Origin: Candidatus Thorarchaeota archaeon
GTDB lineage: Archaea; Asgardarchaeota; Thorarchaeia; Thorarchaeales; Thorarchaeaceae
Length of the DNA stretch: 40,958 nucleotides
Assembly: GCA_029858305.1 (NCBI GenBank)
Contig: JAOUFI010000014.1
Span: 1 to 40,958 of the forward strand
Direction of reading: 5' to 3'
Each line of letters opens with the position of its first letter. Position 1 is the stretch's first letter. The notes beneath the pieces were generated by a model. That model ran no database searches and had not been told where the DNA came from. It saw only the letters and a program-made list of their open reading frames with translations. Position numbers and translations under genes: made by a program. Positions 1 to 9,765 of the stretch are shown here, one piece after another.

Positions 1-2
1 GA

Positions 3-347
3 GAGGCCTACGAAGCAGAGAAACGTCAAATTGCAGAGATGTTGATTCGACAACTTGAGATTCTATATCCTGGCATCACGTCTGAGATTGAGATGGTAGA
101 TGTAGCAACTCCGTACACAACATGGCGCTATACTCTGAATGATATGGGTTCACCTATGGGCTGGTTGATGACCAAGGATACGCTCATGACTCAACTTCCA
201 CGAACATTGCCTAATCTTGATAATTTCTATATGGCTGGACAGTGGGTTTTGCCTGGAGGCGGTGTCCCTGGTTGCATCTATAGTGGGAGAAATGTTATCC
301 AGATTCTCTGTAAAAGAGACAGGAAACAGTTCCGAACGGAGAATTGA
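3..347 (+). CDS. C-terminal fragment of a phytoene dehydrogenase-like (CrtI/CrtD-family) NAD(P)/FAD oxidoreductase, 5' end outside the window
   Basis: The frame is open from base 3 (EAYEAEKRQIAEM...). It carries the C-terminal motifs 'DVATPYTTWRYT' and 'LDNFYMAGQWVLPGGGVPGCIYSGR' typical of this family. Confidence 0.8.
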   Translation, partial: EAYEAEKRQIAEMLIRQLEILYPGITSEIEMVDVATPYTTWRYTLNDMGSPMGWLMTKDTLMTQLPRTLPNLDNFYMAGQWVLPGGGVPGCIYSGRNVIQILCKRDRKQFRTEN

Positions 348-392
348 ATCAATTCTAAGGTGCTGAAATTCTTCATATCTTTGGCTTGAATA

Positions 393-1670
393 CTAGGGAA
401 AGAACAAAGAGAGAATTCCAAAGTATACGACGATAATGACCAAATGCAACAAACCTAAAGGTATCACTGTCTTGTTGAATTCTGCCCAGCTTAATGGTTT
501 GAGATTCTTCTCTGATATCGAAACCACTACCATATTTGGTGCATCTCCAAAAGGCACAACATAGGATCCCGCATTTGTTCCAGCGATGAGGGATAGCGGA
601 ACCATTGGATTAATGGCTGTAAGGTCCTTTGCTGCTGGAGCCAATAAAATACCCACCGCCTTTGCATCCATTGGCGCCATTAATCCACCTGGTACCATCA
701 CCATTAAAACAATTGCAATCAAAACACTGGCTTCCGAAAGCCACTGAAGACCTGCAGCAAGACTTGCGATGATATCTGTAAGGACAAGGCCTTGCACGAT
801 TCCCATAATTCCCATCAAAAAGAATACTGTATCCCATGACAGGCGCCGCAAGAGTTCCTTTGCCCTATCTCTTGAAAACACCAGAAGAGCTCCAGCTATT
901 ATGAGCGCAAGCATTGCCGCTTGTTGGGGAAGAACAATGAGACCAATAATGAGGACAACCATACCAATTAAAGAAACTGCAAGGTCTTGTTTTGACCTAA
1001 TAGCTACATTTGGATTAATAGCGAAAAGGTCTGTCATATCTCGCTCTATGTTATCATCAAACTCGGTACTGAATTTCCTCAACATATACCACATTGTCAA
1101 TATAGTCAGAATAATGGTCAGTGGAAGCATAACAACAAACATGAGCGCAATGTTGATCTCCGCGAGGTAGACCATAACTAAGTTCGTCACAGATCCAATT
1201 GGTGTCGGCATTGAACCAATGCCTGCAATCACAGCTTCTGTCATTAGATAAGGCCGAAAGTCAACATCAATGGCATTACACACTTCTACGGTAAAAGCGC
1301 TGACAATCAGCATTGTTGGCAAAGGATCGAATAGAAGGGATATGAAGAACACTAGAACCATAAAATAGTTGAAGATTCGACGTGGATGTCCAAATGTTCT
1401 TAGTGCCAAAATTATTCCCAAGTACTGAAAGAGACCAGAAGATGCTACCACTGAAACGATAATCATCATCGCAGCAACAAAGAGTATCACATCCCAGCCA
1501 ATTCCTGCTGCATAGTCAACAAACTGTACTCCGTCTAAGAAATAGACTACTGTCGCTGCGACGCCAAAGGCCATTAGAGATGCAGCTGTATCATTGATCC
1601 GTTCACTCATTATCGCTAGGAGTGCAATCACGAAGATTGCCAGAACGATGAAACCAGCAACTAAACTCAT
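393..1670 (-). CDS. ArsB/NhaD/SLC13-type (ion transporter superfamily) permease
   Basis: Many hydrophobic helices, with repeated IT-family motifs 'WDVILF..MM', 'GSMPTPIGSVTN', 'WDTVFFLMG' and 'GSYVVPFGDAPN'. Start moved from the ORF-track 1787 to the ATG at 1670, where the hydrophobic sequence begins. Confidence 0.8.
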   Translation of the reverse strand: MSLVAGFIVLAIFVIALLAIMSERINDTAASLMAFGVAATVVYFLDGVQFVDYAAGIGWDVILFVAAMMIIVSVVASSGLFQYLGIILALRTFGHPRRIFNYFMVLVFFISLLFDPLPTMLIVSAFTVEVCNAIDVDFRPYLMTEAVIAGIGSMPTPIGSVTNLVMVYLAEINIALMFVVMLPLTIILTILTMWYMLRKFSTEFDDNIERDMTDLFAINPNVAIRSKQDLAVSLIGMVVLIIGLIVLPQQAAMLALIIAGALLVFSRDRAKELLRRLSWDTVFFLMGIMGIVQGLVLTDIIASLAAGLQWLSEASVLIAIVLMVMVPGGLMAPMDAKAVGILLAPAAKDLTAINPMVPLSLIAGTNAGSYVVPFGDAPNMVVVSISEKNLKPLSWAEFNKTVIPLGLLHLVIIVVYFGILSLFFP

Positions 1671-1807
1671 AAGCCTCGTTTTGTCAGGATAGCGATAGCT
1701 CCTATTTAGATGCATTGTTTTTTCATCGCAATGAGCGTGTGAATTTCTATCACACAAAAGCAAAATACTGCGTTGACCTAGCCTCAAACACTTTGTGAGG
1801 GAGAAAT

Positions 1808-2230
1808 ATGCGAAACCAAATGCCCTTTGCTCTTTGCATCATTGGAGGATTATTGCTTCTGGGAGCTGGATATACCAACGGAGCAAACACGATCTTTCTT
1901 CTGTATCTTTTCTTCCATTCAATTGTCGCACTTGCCCCCTTCTATCTCATTATCGATATAGTACTTCTTGTGTTATGGGTCATTGCTTGGTTAGGCGGTA
2001 TCGCGGTCATACTTGGCGGTTATCTATTAACCACATCGCATATCCGGACTGGTAAATTTATCATTGCAATCTCTGCTGGCTTTGGTCTAATCAGTCTGAT
2101 TTTAGTTGTCCTCTGGGTCATACTTACAATTGGCTGGGCAGGACTTCTCTTATTGACTTGGCTTATTCTGCATACCGCATGGGCTTTAGGATTAATATTG
2201 ACAGTAATAGCTAGAAGCACAGCTCATTGA
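1808..2230 (+). CDS. hypothetical membrane protein (~4 TM helices)
   Basis: A 140-aa, almost entirely hydrophobic ORF that fills the gap between its neighbours. Confidence 0.7.
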   Translation: MRNQMPFALCIIGGLLLLGAGYTNGANTIFLLYLFFHSIVALAPFYLIIDIVLLVLWVIAWLGGIAVILGGYLLTTSHIRTGKFIIAISAGFGLISLILVVLWVILTIGWAGLLLLTWLILHTAWALGLILTVIARSTAH

Positions 2231-2238
2231 GATGTCCT

Positions 2239-2994
2239 CTACATAAAGAGAGCTTTCAGGAGAGGCACTATTGAAAGCACAATTATAACAATTGAAAGTC
2301 CAATTTCTAATTTTCTCGGTTTAGTTCTTAATGAAACCATACTTCCTAGTCGTGAACCAATTCCTGATGTGGTCAGGACAACAAGTCCTTCTAACAACAG
2401 GAGCTGCTGCTGGCTCCAGTAGAGAAGTACTCCAACAAGAGCTGTGAAGATTGCTGCGAATAATGCTGTAGCGATTGCTCTATGCATATCAACATTAAGT
2501 GTGTGCAGAATCGGGACAAAAAGAGACCCCTCGCTCCCTCCTCTCATTCCTGTTAATGTATTAGCTGCGAGAGAACTCGAGAACAAAGCTGCAAATGAAG
2601 GTCTAAGACGTTCTGATGTTGTAGGGGCGATATGATTGAGATTCATTCCTATCACTGAAATAAGTGAAACGAGAATGAAAACGATTGCAAGAACGAGTGC
2701 GGATGTTGACATGGAAAATGCAATTAGTGTTCCTAAGACAGTACCAATAGATCCACCAAGAATCATAAACGCTCCAAGCTTTCGGTCTATGTTTTTCCTC
2801 TGAGATGCTGCTCCTATTAGACTTGAAACCGGAATTGCCATGAGATTCATTCCATATGCAGAAATTAAGGTGAAACCTACAAGGTTCAAAAGTGGTATTC
2901 GAATCGAGCCACCACCAATACCAAAAATTCCACTTCCAAGTCCTGCTACTAATCCTATTAGTCCTGCTAGAAACAACAACACATAATCCATCAT
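2239..2994 (-). CDS. TauE/SafE (DUF81) family permease
   Basis: N-terminal 'SGIFGIGGG' motif, an internal two-fold repeat (second copy 'TGMRGGSEG'), about 8 TM helices, 251 aa. Confidence 0.85.
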   Translation of the reverse strand: MMDYVLLFLAGLIGLVAGLGSGIFGIGGGSIRIPLLNLVGFTLISAYGMNLMAIPVSSLIGAASQRKNIDRKLGAFMILGGSIGTVLGTLIAFSMSTSALVLAIVFILVSLISVIGMNLNHIAPTTSERLRPSFAALFSSSLAANTLTGMRGGSEGSLFVPILHTLNVDMHRAIATALFAAIFTALVGVLLYWSQQQLLLLEGLVVLTTSGIGSRLGSMVSLRTKPRKLEIGLSIVIIVLSIVPLLKALFM

Positions 2995-3161
2995 TCAATT
3001 CTTCCTATTGTGACTCGAACATAGTTGAAGATTAGAACCACCGAATCTGTGTATTGTTTAAGGATTGCTATAGAACGACTTCTTGAACACGTCAAATGAG
3101 TCTAGAATTTTTATTCAGTACTTCGTATTTTGTCGATGTTATCCTTCATCAAGGCATCTGA

Positions 3162-3169
3162 TATATAAG
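3162..3169 (+). promoter_or_regulatory. probable TATA box of the padR operon
   Basis: TATATAAG about 40 nt upstream of the ATG at 3209, just before the inverted repeat. Confidence 0.55.
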
Positions 3170-3180
3170 TAGGAAGAAAG

Positions 3181-3206
3181 CAACTGAGTAGAAATCTACT
3201 TAGTTG
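3181..3206. promoter_or_regulatory. inverted repeat, candidate PadR operator
   Basis: CAACTGAGTAGA-AA-TCTACTTAGTTG, 11 of 12 positions complementary, lying between the TATA box and the start codon. Confidence 0.7.
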
Positions 3207-3208
3207 GA

Positions 3209-3757
3209 ATGATGATGAGTAAGAAGATCAAATTGTTCCTTCCTACACCAGCGAAGCTTACTCCCATCCAACTACTCATTATGATACAACTTCTTGAATC
3301 GCCAAAATATGGCTATGAAATCCTCAGTAGCCTCAGAAATGGATTCAAGGGGTCTTGGGAACCAAAAACTGGAACAATCTACCCCGCTTTACAATCTCTC
3401 GAGAAGAAAGCATTCATCACTTCAAATCTACAGGACAATAAAACTCACTATAGTCTCACGAAACAAGGAAAATCAATGATTGATGACATGAGCAATTATG
3501 TTGCAGAATATATCATGTTCAACACGAAGTTCATTGAGTCAACTGTTGCAAGTTTACCAGCTGACTTCACACAAGAGGTGTTCAGTAAGATTCACAATTC
3601 CGGTATTGATGAAATCATTCCTGAAGGAACAATCCTTGATGCAATAAGCAGATTGTCAAATACGATGCTAAAGCAGGCGTTTCTTCAGCAACGTCAAAGA
3701 ATTCTCAAGAGAAAGATGAAACTTGTGGAACATCATCTGAAGGCACTTGAAACATGA
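3209..3757 (+). CDS. PadR family transcriptional regulator
   Basis: Winged-helix signature 'PKYGYEIL...PKTGTIYPALQSLEKKAFI...YSLTKQG'. Confidence 0.92.
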   Translation: MMMSKKIKLFLPTPAKLTPIQLLIMIQLLESPKYGYEILSSLRNGFKGSWEPKTGTIYPALQSLEKKAFITSNLQDNKTHYSLTKQGKSMIDDMSNYVAEYIMFNTKFIESTVASLPADFTQEVFSKIHNSGIDEIIPEGTILDAISRLSNTMLKQAFLQQRQRILKRKMKLVEHHLKALET

Positions 3758-3766
3758 GGTGATATA

Positions 3767-5173
3767 ATGGAGAACTATGATGTGATAGTTGTTGGTGCTG
3801 GTCCTGGTGGATCCATTGCCGCTCGAGAGTCGGCAAAGAAAGGTTTGAAAACTATATTTTTCGAGCGTGGTCGAAAGCCTGGAGAAAAAAATTCCTCTGG
3901 ATGCGGTCTCGGACCAAGAATGTGGCGCGATTTCGATTTTATGACCGAATTGACACCTGAAGATTGCCCCTCACTGCGACCTGGTGCTGCAGCAAGGAAT
4001 TACTTGGTGAATAATGATGGGGAAGTATCAGGCTATCTAATGACAAAGCCAACTGACTCAGTGACATATGAACCAGCTAGAAGTTGGATTACTATGAATT
4101 GTTACAGGAGTGAATTTGATCCTTGGTTGGCTAAATATGCCACAGATGCTGGGGCGGTTTTGAAGACATCGACACTTGTCACTGGTCTCTTAAAAGAGAA
4201 TGGCAAGGTCTCCGGCGTTATTGATGAGAAGGGGAACAAATACAGCGGTTTGGTCATTGGGGCTGATGGCGCAATTTCTATGGTTGCTAGAGAAAGTGGT
4301 TTGCGACAAAGATGGGAGCAGGAACAGGTCACAATAGTTCCACAATATGACTTTGAATGTCCACCTTCAAAAATAGATGATGTCATGGGGGATGAGGCTC
4401 TTGCTGTCTGGTGGTCTGCAACATTTCCAGCAGCATATCAAGTATTCTTCAACGATGGTTTCCACATTGGTCTAGGTAACTGGATGACTTGGTGGGAGAA
4501 GAATCCCATGCACTATCTCAATCAAGTTGTCGCCTTGAAATATTTCCAGCGACAAATCCGAATACTTGAGGCGAAACCACGAGAATTCCAGGTTCATCTC
4601 CTACCATGGCAAGGTCAACCACATGACACACATGCCGATAATGTGATTCTCATTGGCGATGCTGGAGGATTTCCATGTCCACTCGAAGCCGAGGGAATCT
4701 ACCCTGCAATGGTTACCGCTAGAGCCGCAATTGAAACTGCTGTTGAGGCAATATCTGCTGCTGATGTTTCAAAGGAGTTCCTTAATCTTTATGACGCGAA
4801 ATGGAGGGCAACATCCGTCGGTGAGGAGTTCAAGACAGGTCCTGAATTAGCAAGCATCTGGAAAGCGCTTCCATTCAGTCCATTAAAGACGATGTCATGG
4901 TTTGTTCCAATGCTGATGGAAATAATTGGTGGTATCTTTGACTGGTCGGAGCCCCATGCTGTACGAGTCCGACAGATTGCACGCAGAGTCAAGCAGTATC
5001 TTCCTAATGCAATTCCTTTCATTATGAGAGAAGTCATACCATTGTTGACTGCAATTCTCGGAGAAGAGAATATGAATTTACTCACTGATCCTGAGAAACT
5101 CATCGCAGCAATGCCTGAACTCGAAGAAGCTATTGCCCGTTCATTTGTGGAGAATGATATGGAGGAGAAATGA
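3767..5173 (+). CDS. FixC / geranylgeranyl reductase-like FAD-dependent oxidoreductase
   Basis: GAGPGG dinucleotide motif, FixC-like 'ERGRKPGEKN', 'GADG' and 'IGDAGGFPCPLEAEGI'. A GAGGTG RBS lies upstream. Confidence 0.85.
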   Translation: MENYDVIVVGAGPGGSIAARESAKKGLKTIFFERGRKPGEKNSSGCGLGPRMWRDFDFMTELTPEDCPSLRPGAAARNYLVNNDGEVSGYLMTKPTDSVTYEPARSWITMNCYRSEFDPWLAKYATDAGAVLKTSTLVTGLLKENGKVSGVIDEKGNKYSGLVIGADGAISMVARESGLRQRWEQEQVTIVPQYDFECPPSKIDDVMGDEALAVWWSATFPAAYQVFFNDGFHIGLGNWMTWWEKNPMHYLNQVVALKYFQRQIRILEAKPREFQVHLLPWQGQPHDTHADNVILIGDAGGFPCPLEAEGIYPAMVTARAAIETAVEAISAADVSKEFLNLYDAKWRATSVGEEFKTGPELASIWKALPFSPLKTMSWFVPMLMEIIGGIFDWSEPHAVRVRQIARRVKQYLPNAIPFIMREVIPLLTAILGEENMNLLTDPEKLIAAMPELEEAIARSFVENDMEEK

Positions 5174-5445
5174 GTTTGAAGATAGACCATAAGAAACTGA
5201 TAATGCGAATTCCAGGAACAGGGAATTTTATCACGCTTGATAATGAGAAATGTACTCTGTGTGGTCGTTGCTTGATTATTTGTGTGATGAATCTTTGGAA
5301 AAAGAGTGATGACAGAGTGCATCTAGTCGATGACTATGCTTCTCATTGTCTTGAGTGCGGAGCATGTTATCAAGTGTGTGAATCTGGTGCAATTGATTTT
5401 AGATACCCCGCGGGCGGTACAGGAATCGTTTACGCAAAAGGCTAA
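5170..5445 (+). CDS. fixX: FixX-like 2x[4Fe-4S] ferredoxin
   Basis: CTLCGRCLIIC and CLECGACYQVC motifs, plus the C-terminal 'YPAGGTGIVYAKG' typical of FixX. ATGA overlap with the upstream gene. Confidence 0.8.
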   Translation: MSLKIDHKKLIMRIPGTGNFITLDNEKCTLCGRCLIICVMNLWKKSDDRVHLVDDYASHCLECGACYQVCESGAIDFRYPAGGTGIVYAKG

Positions 5446-5467
5446 CAAAATGGGTGAATAATTCAAT

Positions 5468-6913
5468 TTGACAGAAGACATGGTATCTATTATGACCGGT
5501 ATTGTTGGAAGGGACGATGTTTCTGATAACGATGACGTGTTGTCAAAATACTCAGGAAAAACTATACCTTCTCTTGTTGTTTGGCCAAAGACAACTGACG
5601 AAATTGCCCGGATTGTAAGATGGGCGAATTTGAAAAAGATTTCTCTTCTTGTTCGGAGTTCATCAGGACCGAGGCTGCGTGGAGACTGGTTTCCTAAGGT
5701 CGAGAATACTATTATTCTGGATCTAAGTAAGATGGACAGAATTCTACGCATCGACCCACTGAATAAAGTAGTGATGATTGAACCTGGTGTAACATACGGG
5801 AAGCTCTTGAAAGAATTGACAAGAAAGGGACTTCGACCTGCAATACCATTTATTCCTGAGGCTTCAAAGTCTGTTCTATCTGCATGTCTTGATAGAGAGC
5901 CTACGATCATGCCACGATTCCATTGGGATTCCTCAGATCCACTGCTCTGTACAGAAACAGTATTTGGTACCGGAGATGTTTTGCGGACTGGTGCAGCTGC
6001 AGGTCCAGGATCCCTCGAAGAACAATGGGCATCCGGTCAAGCGCAAAAAAATCCTCAAGGCCCATCACAATTTGATCCATTTAGATTGGTCCAAGGGGCT
6101 CAGGGTACTATTGGAATTGTCACATGGATCTCAATGAAATGCGAACAGCTGCCTGAGCACCATAAATTGTACCTTGCAGGTTCCGATAATTTGAACGATT
6201 TCATGGATTTCAACTATGCAGTCCTGCGGAGACGCCTCGCAGATGAACATTTCATGTTAAACAAAGTGAATTTTGAAGCGGCGATAGCAAGCGCTAATGA
6301 TATACCTGAATGGGTACTTGTTATCGGAGTATCTGGTCATGGTATGATAGCAGAAGAGGAGCTTGAATATCGAACTGGCGACATTATGGATATTGCTCGT
6401 GAAACTAATATTATCCTACATGATAGTCTTGGTAAGATTAAGGGAACAGATATCCTAACCCTCCTAAACAAACCTAGTGATGTCGCCTACTGGAAGCTTC
6501 AAGTATACGGTGAGTGTCATGAGATATTTTTCTTAACCACGCTGGATAGAGCGAAAGAATTCTATGAGGTATTTCAAAATACAGCTAACACTGTAGGATT
6601 TCCAATAGATCAGATAGGTGCATATATCCAACCCCTGGCTCAAGGTACGAATACTCATGTCGGATTAGACTTGTTCTATTCACCTGAAGATAAAGAACTA
6701 GTTGAAAAGATGATATCATTATCATCTATGGGTCAAGCTCAATTACTTAACAGAGGCGCATATTTCAGTAGACCTTATGGTTTCATTGTTGATGCAGTGT
6801 TCAAACATGCCTCATCATCCACATTGAGTGCAATGCGTCGTGTGAAGCAAATTTTTGATCCGAGCAACATTCTCAATCCCGGCGCTCTCTGCTTTAAGGA
6901 GGTGCTACAATGA
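5468..6913 (+). CDS. FAD-binding oxidoreductase (GlcD/VAO-PCMH family)
   Basis: 'LVVWPKTTDEI', 'LDLSKMDRIL', 'IEPGVTY', 'GAQGTIGIVT' and C-terminal 'FDPSNILNPG'. The start may instead be the ATG at 5480. Confidence 0.88.
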   Translation: MTEDMVSIMTGIVGRDDVSDNDDVLSKYSGKTIPSLVVWPKTTDEIARIVRWANLKKISLLVRSSSGPRLRGDWFPKVENTIILDLSKMDRILRIDPLNKVVMIEPGVTYGKLLKELTRKGLRPAIPFIPEASKSVLSACLDREPTIMPRFHWDSSDPLLCTETVFGTGDVLRTGAAAGPGSLEEQWASGQAQKNPQGPSQFDPFRLVQGAQGTIGIVTWISMKCEQLPEHHKLYLAGSDNLNDFMDFNYAVLRRRLADEHFMLNKVNFEAAIASANDIPEWVLVIGVSGHGMIAEEELEYRTGDIMDIARETNIILHDSLGKIKGTDILTLLNKPSDVAYWKLQVYGECHEIFFLTTLDRAKEFYEVFQNTANTVGFPIDQIGAYIQPLAQGTNTHVGLDLFYSPEDKELVEKMISLSSMGQAQLLNRGAYFSRPYGFIVDAVFKHASSSTLSAMRRVKQIFDPSNILNPGALCFKEVLQ

Positions 6914-8181
6914 CCCTCAGCGAATTCGAGGATATGATGGATAGTTGTGTTCGATGTTCAAAGTGTAAATTCATCCCACAACTTGTCATTCAGAGCAAAC
7001 GATTCTCGAGCGTTTGTCCTTCAGTCGATTTCTATAATTTTCATGCGTACTCTGGAGGGGGACGCATGATTATGGGAAATGCATACCAAAAGGGTCGCGT
7101 AGAATTCACACAAGAGATGCTAGATGTGCTTTATAGATGTACAAATTGTGGGGGCTGTGAGGTTTCATGCAAATGGGTCTACGACCTCGAACCTAATGAG
7201 GCAATTCATGCGCTCCGTGTTGCGGCTGTTGAAAATGGTGCAGGTCCTATGCCCAAGCACAGAAAGTACATTGAACTTGTTGAAAGAATGAAGAATCCGT
7301 ATGGCGAGAATCCTGCGCAACGAACCTCATGGTTGACTGATGATATTGAGATTGATGCATCTTCAGATACTCTCTATTTTGTTGGTTGCACTGCTGCTAG
7401 TAGACGAGAAGAGATAGCAATAGCTACGGCTAAAGTTCTGAATGCTGCGAAGGAAAAGTTTCGTATAATGGGTTCCGATGAACAATGTTGTGGCTCGCCT
7501 GTCTACAGAGTTGGAGATGAGAAACGTGCTATTCAGATCATGAAGGAAAATATTGCTAGCTTCGAGCAGGCTGGAATAAAGCGCATCATAACTAGCTGCT
7601 CAGGTTGTTATAACATGCTCAAAGTAGAGTATCCTCGATTTGTGGAACATGACATCGAAGTGGTTCATACTGCACAATTGATAGAATCCTTTCTCAAGGA
7701 AGGCAGACTCGAACTAGTAAAAGATGTACCATTGAAGGTAACATATCATGATCCATGTCATCTTGGAAGAATGGCTGAACCATATGAGAAGTGGGAAGGA
7801 GAAAAGATTGAGGTTCTCACTCTCGTGTATATCTATGATCCACCGAAACCTGAGCGTCGAGGCGCGAATGGCGTTTATGATGCTCCCAGAAATGTATTGA
7901 AACAAATTCCTGGTCTCGAGCTAGTGGAAATGGAGCGTATCCGAGAATACTCCTATTGTTGTGGAGCAGGCGGCGGGTGCAAATCTGCCTATCCGGATTT
8001 TGCTCTTACCACAGCAAATGAACGTTTAGAAGAAGCAGAAGCCACAGGAGCAAATACTCTCGTGTCAGCATGTCCCTTCTGTGGTACGAACTTTCTAGAT
8101 GGTATAGAAAACAGGAACTCATCTATGAAATACTATGACCTGATTCAGCTTGTACTACAAAGCATCGGAGGTGAAGAGTAG
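6910..8181 (+). CDS. Fe-S oxidoreductase with 4Fe-4S dicluster and two CCG domains (GlcF/HdrD-like)
   Basis: CVRCSKC, CTNCGGCEVSC, CCGSP, SCSGC, HDPCHLGR, CCGAGGG and ACPFC motifs. Confidence 0.9.
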   Translation: MTLSEFEDMMDSCVRCSKCKFIPQLVIQSKRFSSVCPSVDFYNFHAYSGGGRMIMGNAYQKGRVEFTQEMLDVLYRCTNCGGCEVSCKWVYDLEPNEAIHALRVAAVENGAGPMPKHRKYIELVERMKNPYGENPAQRTSWLTDDIEIDASSDTLYFVGCTAASRREEIAIATAKVLNAAKEKFRIMGSDEQCCGSPVYRVGDEKRAIQIMKENIASFEQAGIKRIITSCSGCYNMLKVEYPRFVEHDIEVVHTAQLIESFLKEGRLELVKDVPLKVTYHDPCHLGRMAEPYEKWEGEKIEVLTLVYIYDPPKPERRGANGVYDAPRNVLKQIPGLELVEMERIREYSYCCGAGGGCKSAYPDFALTTANERLEEAEATGANTLVSACPFCGTNFLDGIENRNSSMKYYDLIQLVLQSIGGEE

Positions 8182-9765
8182 ATGCTTGAGAAGAATGTCT
8201 ATGAGTCTTTCAAGAAAATCGTAGGTGATCAATTCATTTCACAAGATCCGGCAGTGATGGACACCTATGCTTTCCAGTGGTGTAATGAGATTGAGAGTGC
8301 ACAACGAGGAGAAGAGCCTCAGAGGTTCGGAGTTCGTCCTCTTGCTGTTCTTCTTCCTGCCTCGTTAGAGGAAGTCCAGGCCATCGTTAGGCTTTGTAAT
8401 GAACATGATGTCACATTCAAAGCTCACACAACAGGCATGGGTCCTTGGGCTGGTGTCAGTAATCTCCGATCTATCCAGATTGATCTTAGAAGGATGAATC
8501 GAATTCTTGAGATTGATGAGAAGAATATGTATGCAGTAATTGAACCATACGTCACGAATGCAGAACTCCAAAGTGAACTCTTCAGGTATGGACTCATGCA
8601 TCATGCACAGGGAGCAGGTCCTCAGACATCTCCGCTAGCTAGTCATACATCTTTTGTAGGACCTGGCTTTACTTCTCCATATACGGGCTTTAGCGGCAGG
8701 AACGTTCTTGGCGTTGAATGGGTTCTTCCCTCAGGTGACATCCTCCGACTTGGCTCCTATGATTATAATGGGAAATGGTTCTCGGGTGATGGTCCAGGCT
8801 TTAGTCTAAGGGGCATCATGAGAGGATGGCTTGGAGCCTATGGTGGTCTTGGCGTGTTCACAAAGGCTGCTATTCGACTCTTCTCTTGGCCAGCTCCGAA
8901 AGACTGGAAATGGAAGACTGGAGGTACAATTCCTAACTATGATTGGGAAGTTCCTCCATACTGGCAGCTATATGTTTTGAACTTTGAAGAATGGGAAGAG
9001 TACCAATCAGCAATGTATGAGTTGAATGATAGAGAGGTTTGTATGGTTGCCACAACATCTGCTCCTGAGGGTCTGGCAGCCTTGTTCACTAATACAAAGA
9101 CAGAGGCAATCGAGGCTATTTTTGCGGGTCTGCTTGCTAGGACAAGAAATTACATTGTCGTTCTAGTAGCAGCGCATACTAGGCGTGAATTCGAGTTTAG
9201 GGCAAAATTGGTGAAACTCATTCTGGAGAAATATGGCGGTAACGATCTCATTGAAGAAGGGGTGATAACTCCAAAACCAATGCATTATGGCGAAACCGTG
9301 CGCAACATGCTAGGTGCACATGCATTCCGCTTCTCCAATTGTTTCCAAAGCACTCACGGCGGAATGGATACTATTTCTATGGCAGTTAGACTTGCTCAAT
9401 TGAATCAGCCAGTGAAACAGAAGTATATCGAAAAAGGTGTAATTGGTGATGATAGAGGACTCGGTGTTTGGATAACGAGTTATGAATCCGGACACATGGC
9501 TCATATGGAGGTACCAACAGTCTACGATCCCACATCAGTGAAATCTTGCTTGGGCTATGCGGAATATCAAGATGAATGCAACAAAATGGACCTTGATCAA
9601 GCACTTGGCATGCCATTCTTCATAGTAGGTGATGAAGTTCACGAATTCTACGCAGAAAGAACTATGCATTATCCTGATTGGTTGAGAAAGATCAAAGCAT
9701 CTTTTGATCCAAAGGGTCTCTCTGATCCAAGTCACTATGTGAAAGGAGTGAAGAAAGATAAATGA
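8182..9765 (+). CDS. second FAD-binding oxidoreductase (GlcD/VAO-PCMH family)
   Basis: 'AVLLPASLEEVQAIVRLCN', 'IDLRRMNRILEID', 'GGLGVFTK' and 'KIKASFDP'. A GGAGGTG RBS lies upstream. Confidence 0.88.
   Translation: MLEKNVYESFKKIVGDQFISQDPAVMDTYAFQWCNEIESAQRGEEPQRFGVRPLAVLLPASLEEVQAIVRLCNEHDVTFKAHTTGMGPWAGVSNLRSIQIDLRRMNRILEIDEKNMYAVIEPYVTNAELQSELFRYGLMHHAQGAGPQTSPLASHTSFVGPGFTSPYTGFSGRNVLGVEWVLPSGDILRLGSYDYNGKWFSGDGPGFSLRGIMRGWLGAYGGLGVFTKAAIRLFSWPAPKDWKWKTGGTIPNYDWEVPPYWQLYVLNFEEWEEYQSAMYELNDREVCMVATTSAPEGLAALFTNTKTEAIEAIFAGLLARTRNYIVVLVAAHTRREFEFRAKLVKLILEKYGGNDLIEEGVITPKPMHYGETVRNMLGAHAFRFSNCFQSTHGGMDTISMAVRLAQLNQPVKQKYIEKGVIGDDRGLGVWITSYESGHMAHMEVPTVYDPTSVKSCLGYAEYQDECNKMDLDQALGMPFFIVGDEVHEFYAERTMHYPDWLRKIKASFDPKGLSDPSHYVKGVKKDK

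Noticed and set aside
4789-5910. Long antisense ORFs (177 and 195 aa), and similar shadow ORFs throughout the window
   Set aside because: They lie opposite well-supported genes and show Ser/Ile-rich antisense composition without motifs.
8167-8184. In-frame TAG directly followed by ATG between the Fe-S gene and the second FAD gene (possible pyrrolysine or readthrough fusion)
   Set aside because: A strong GGAGGTG RBS precedes the ATG and both proteins look complete, so ordinary coupling explains it.
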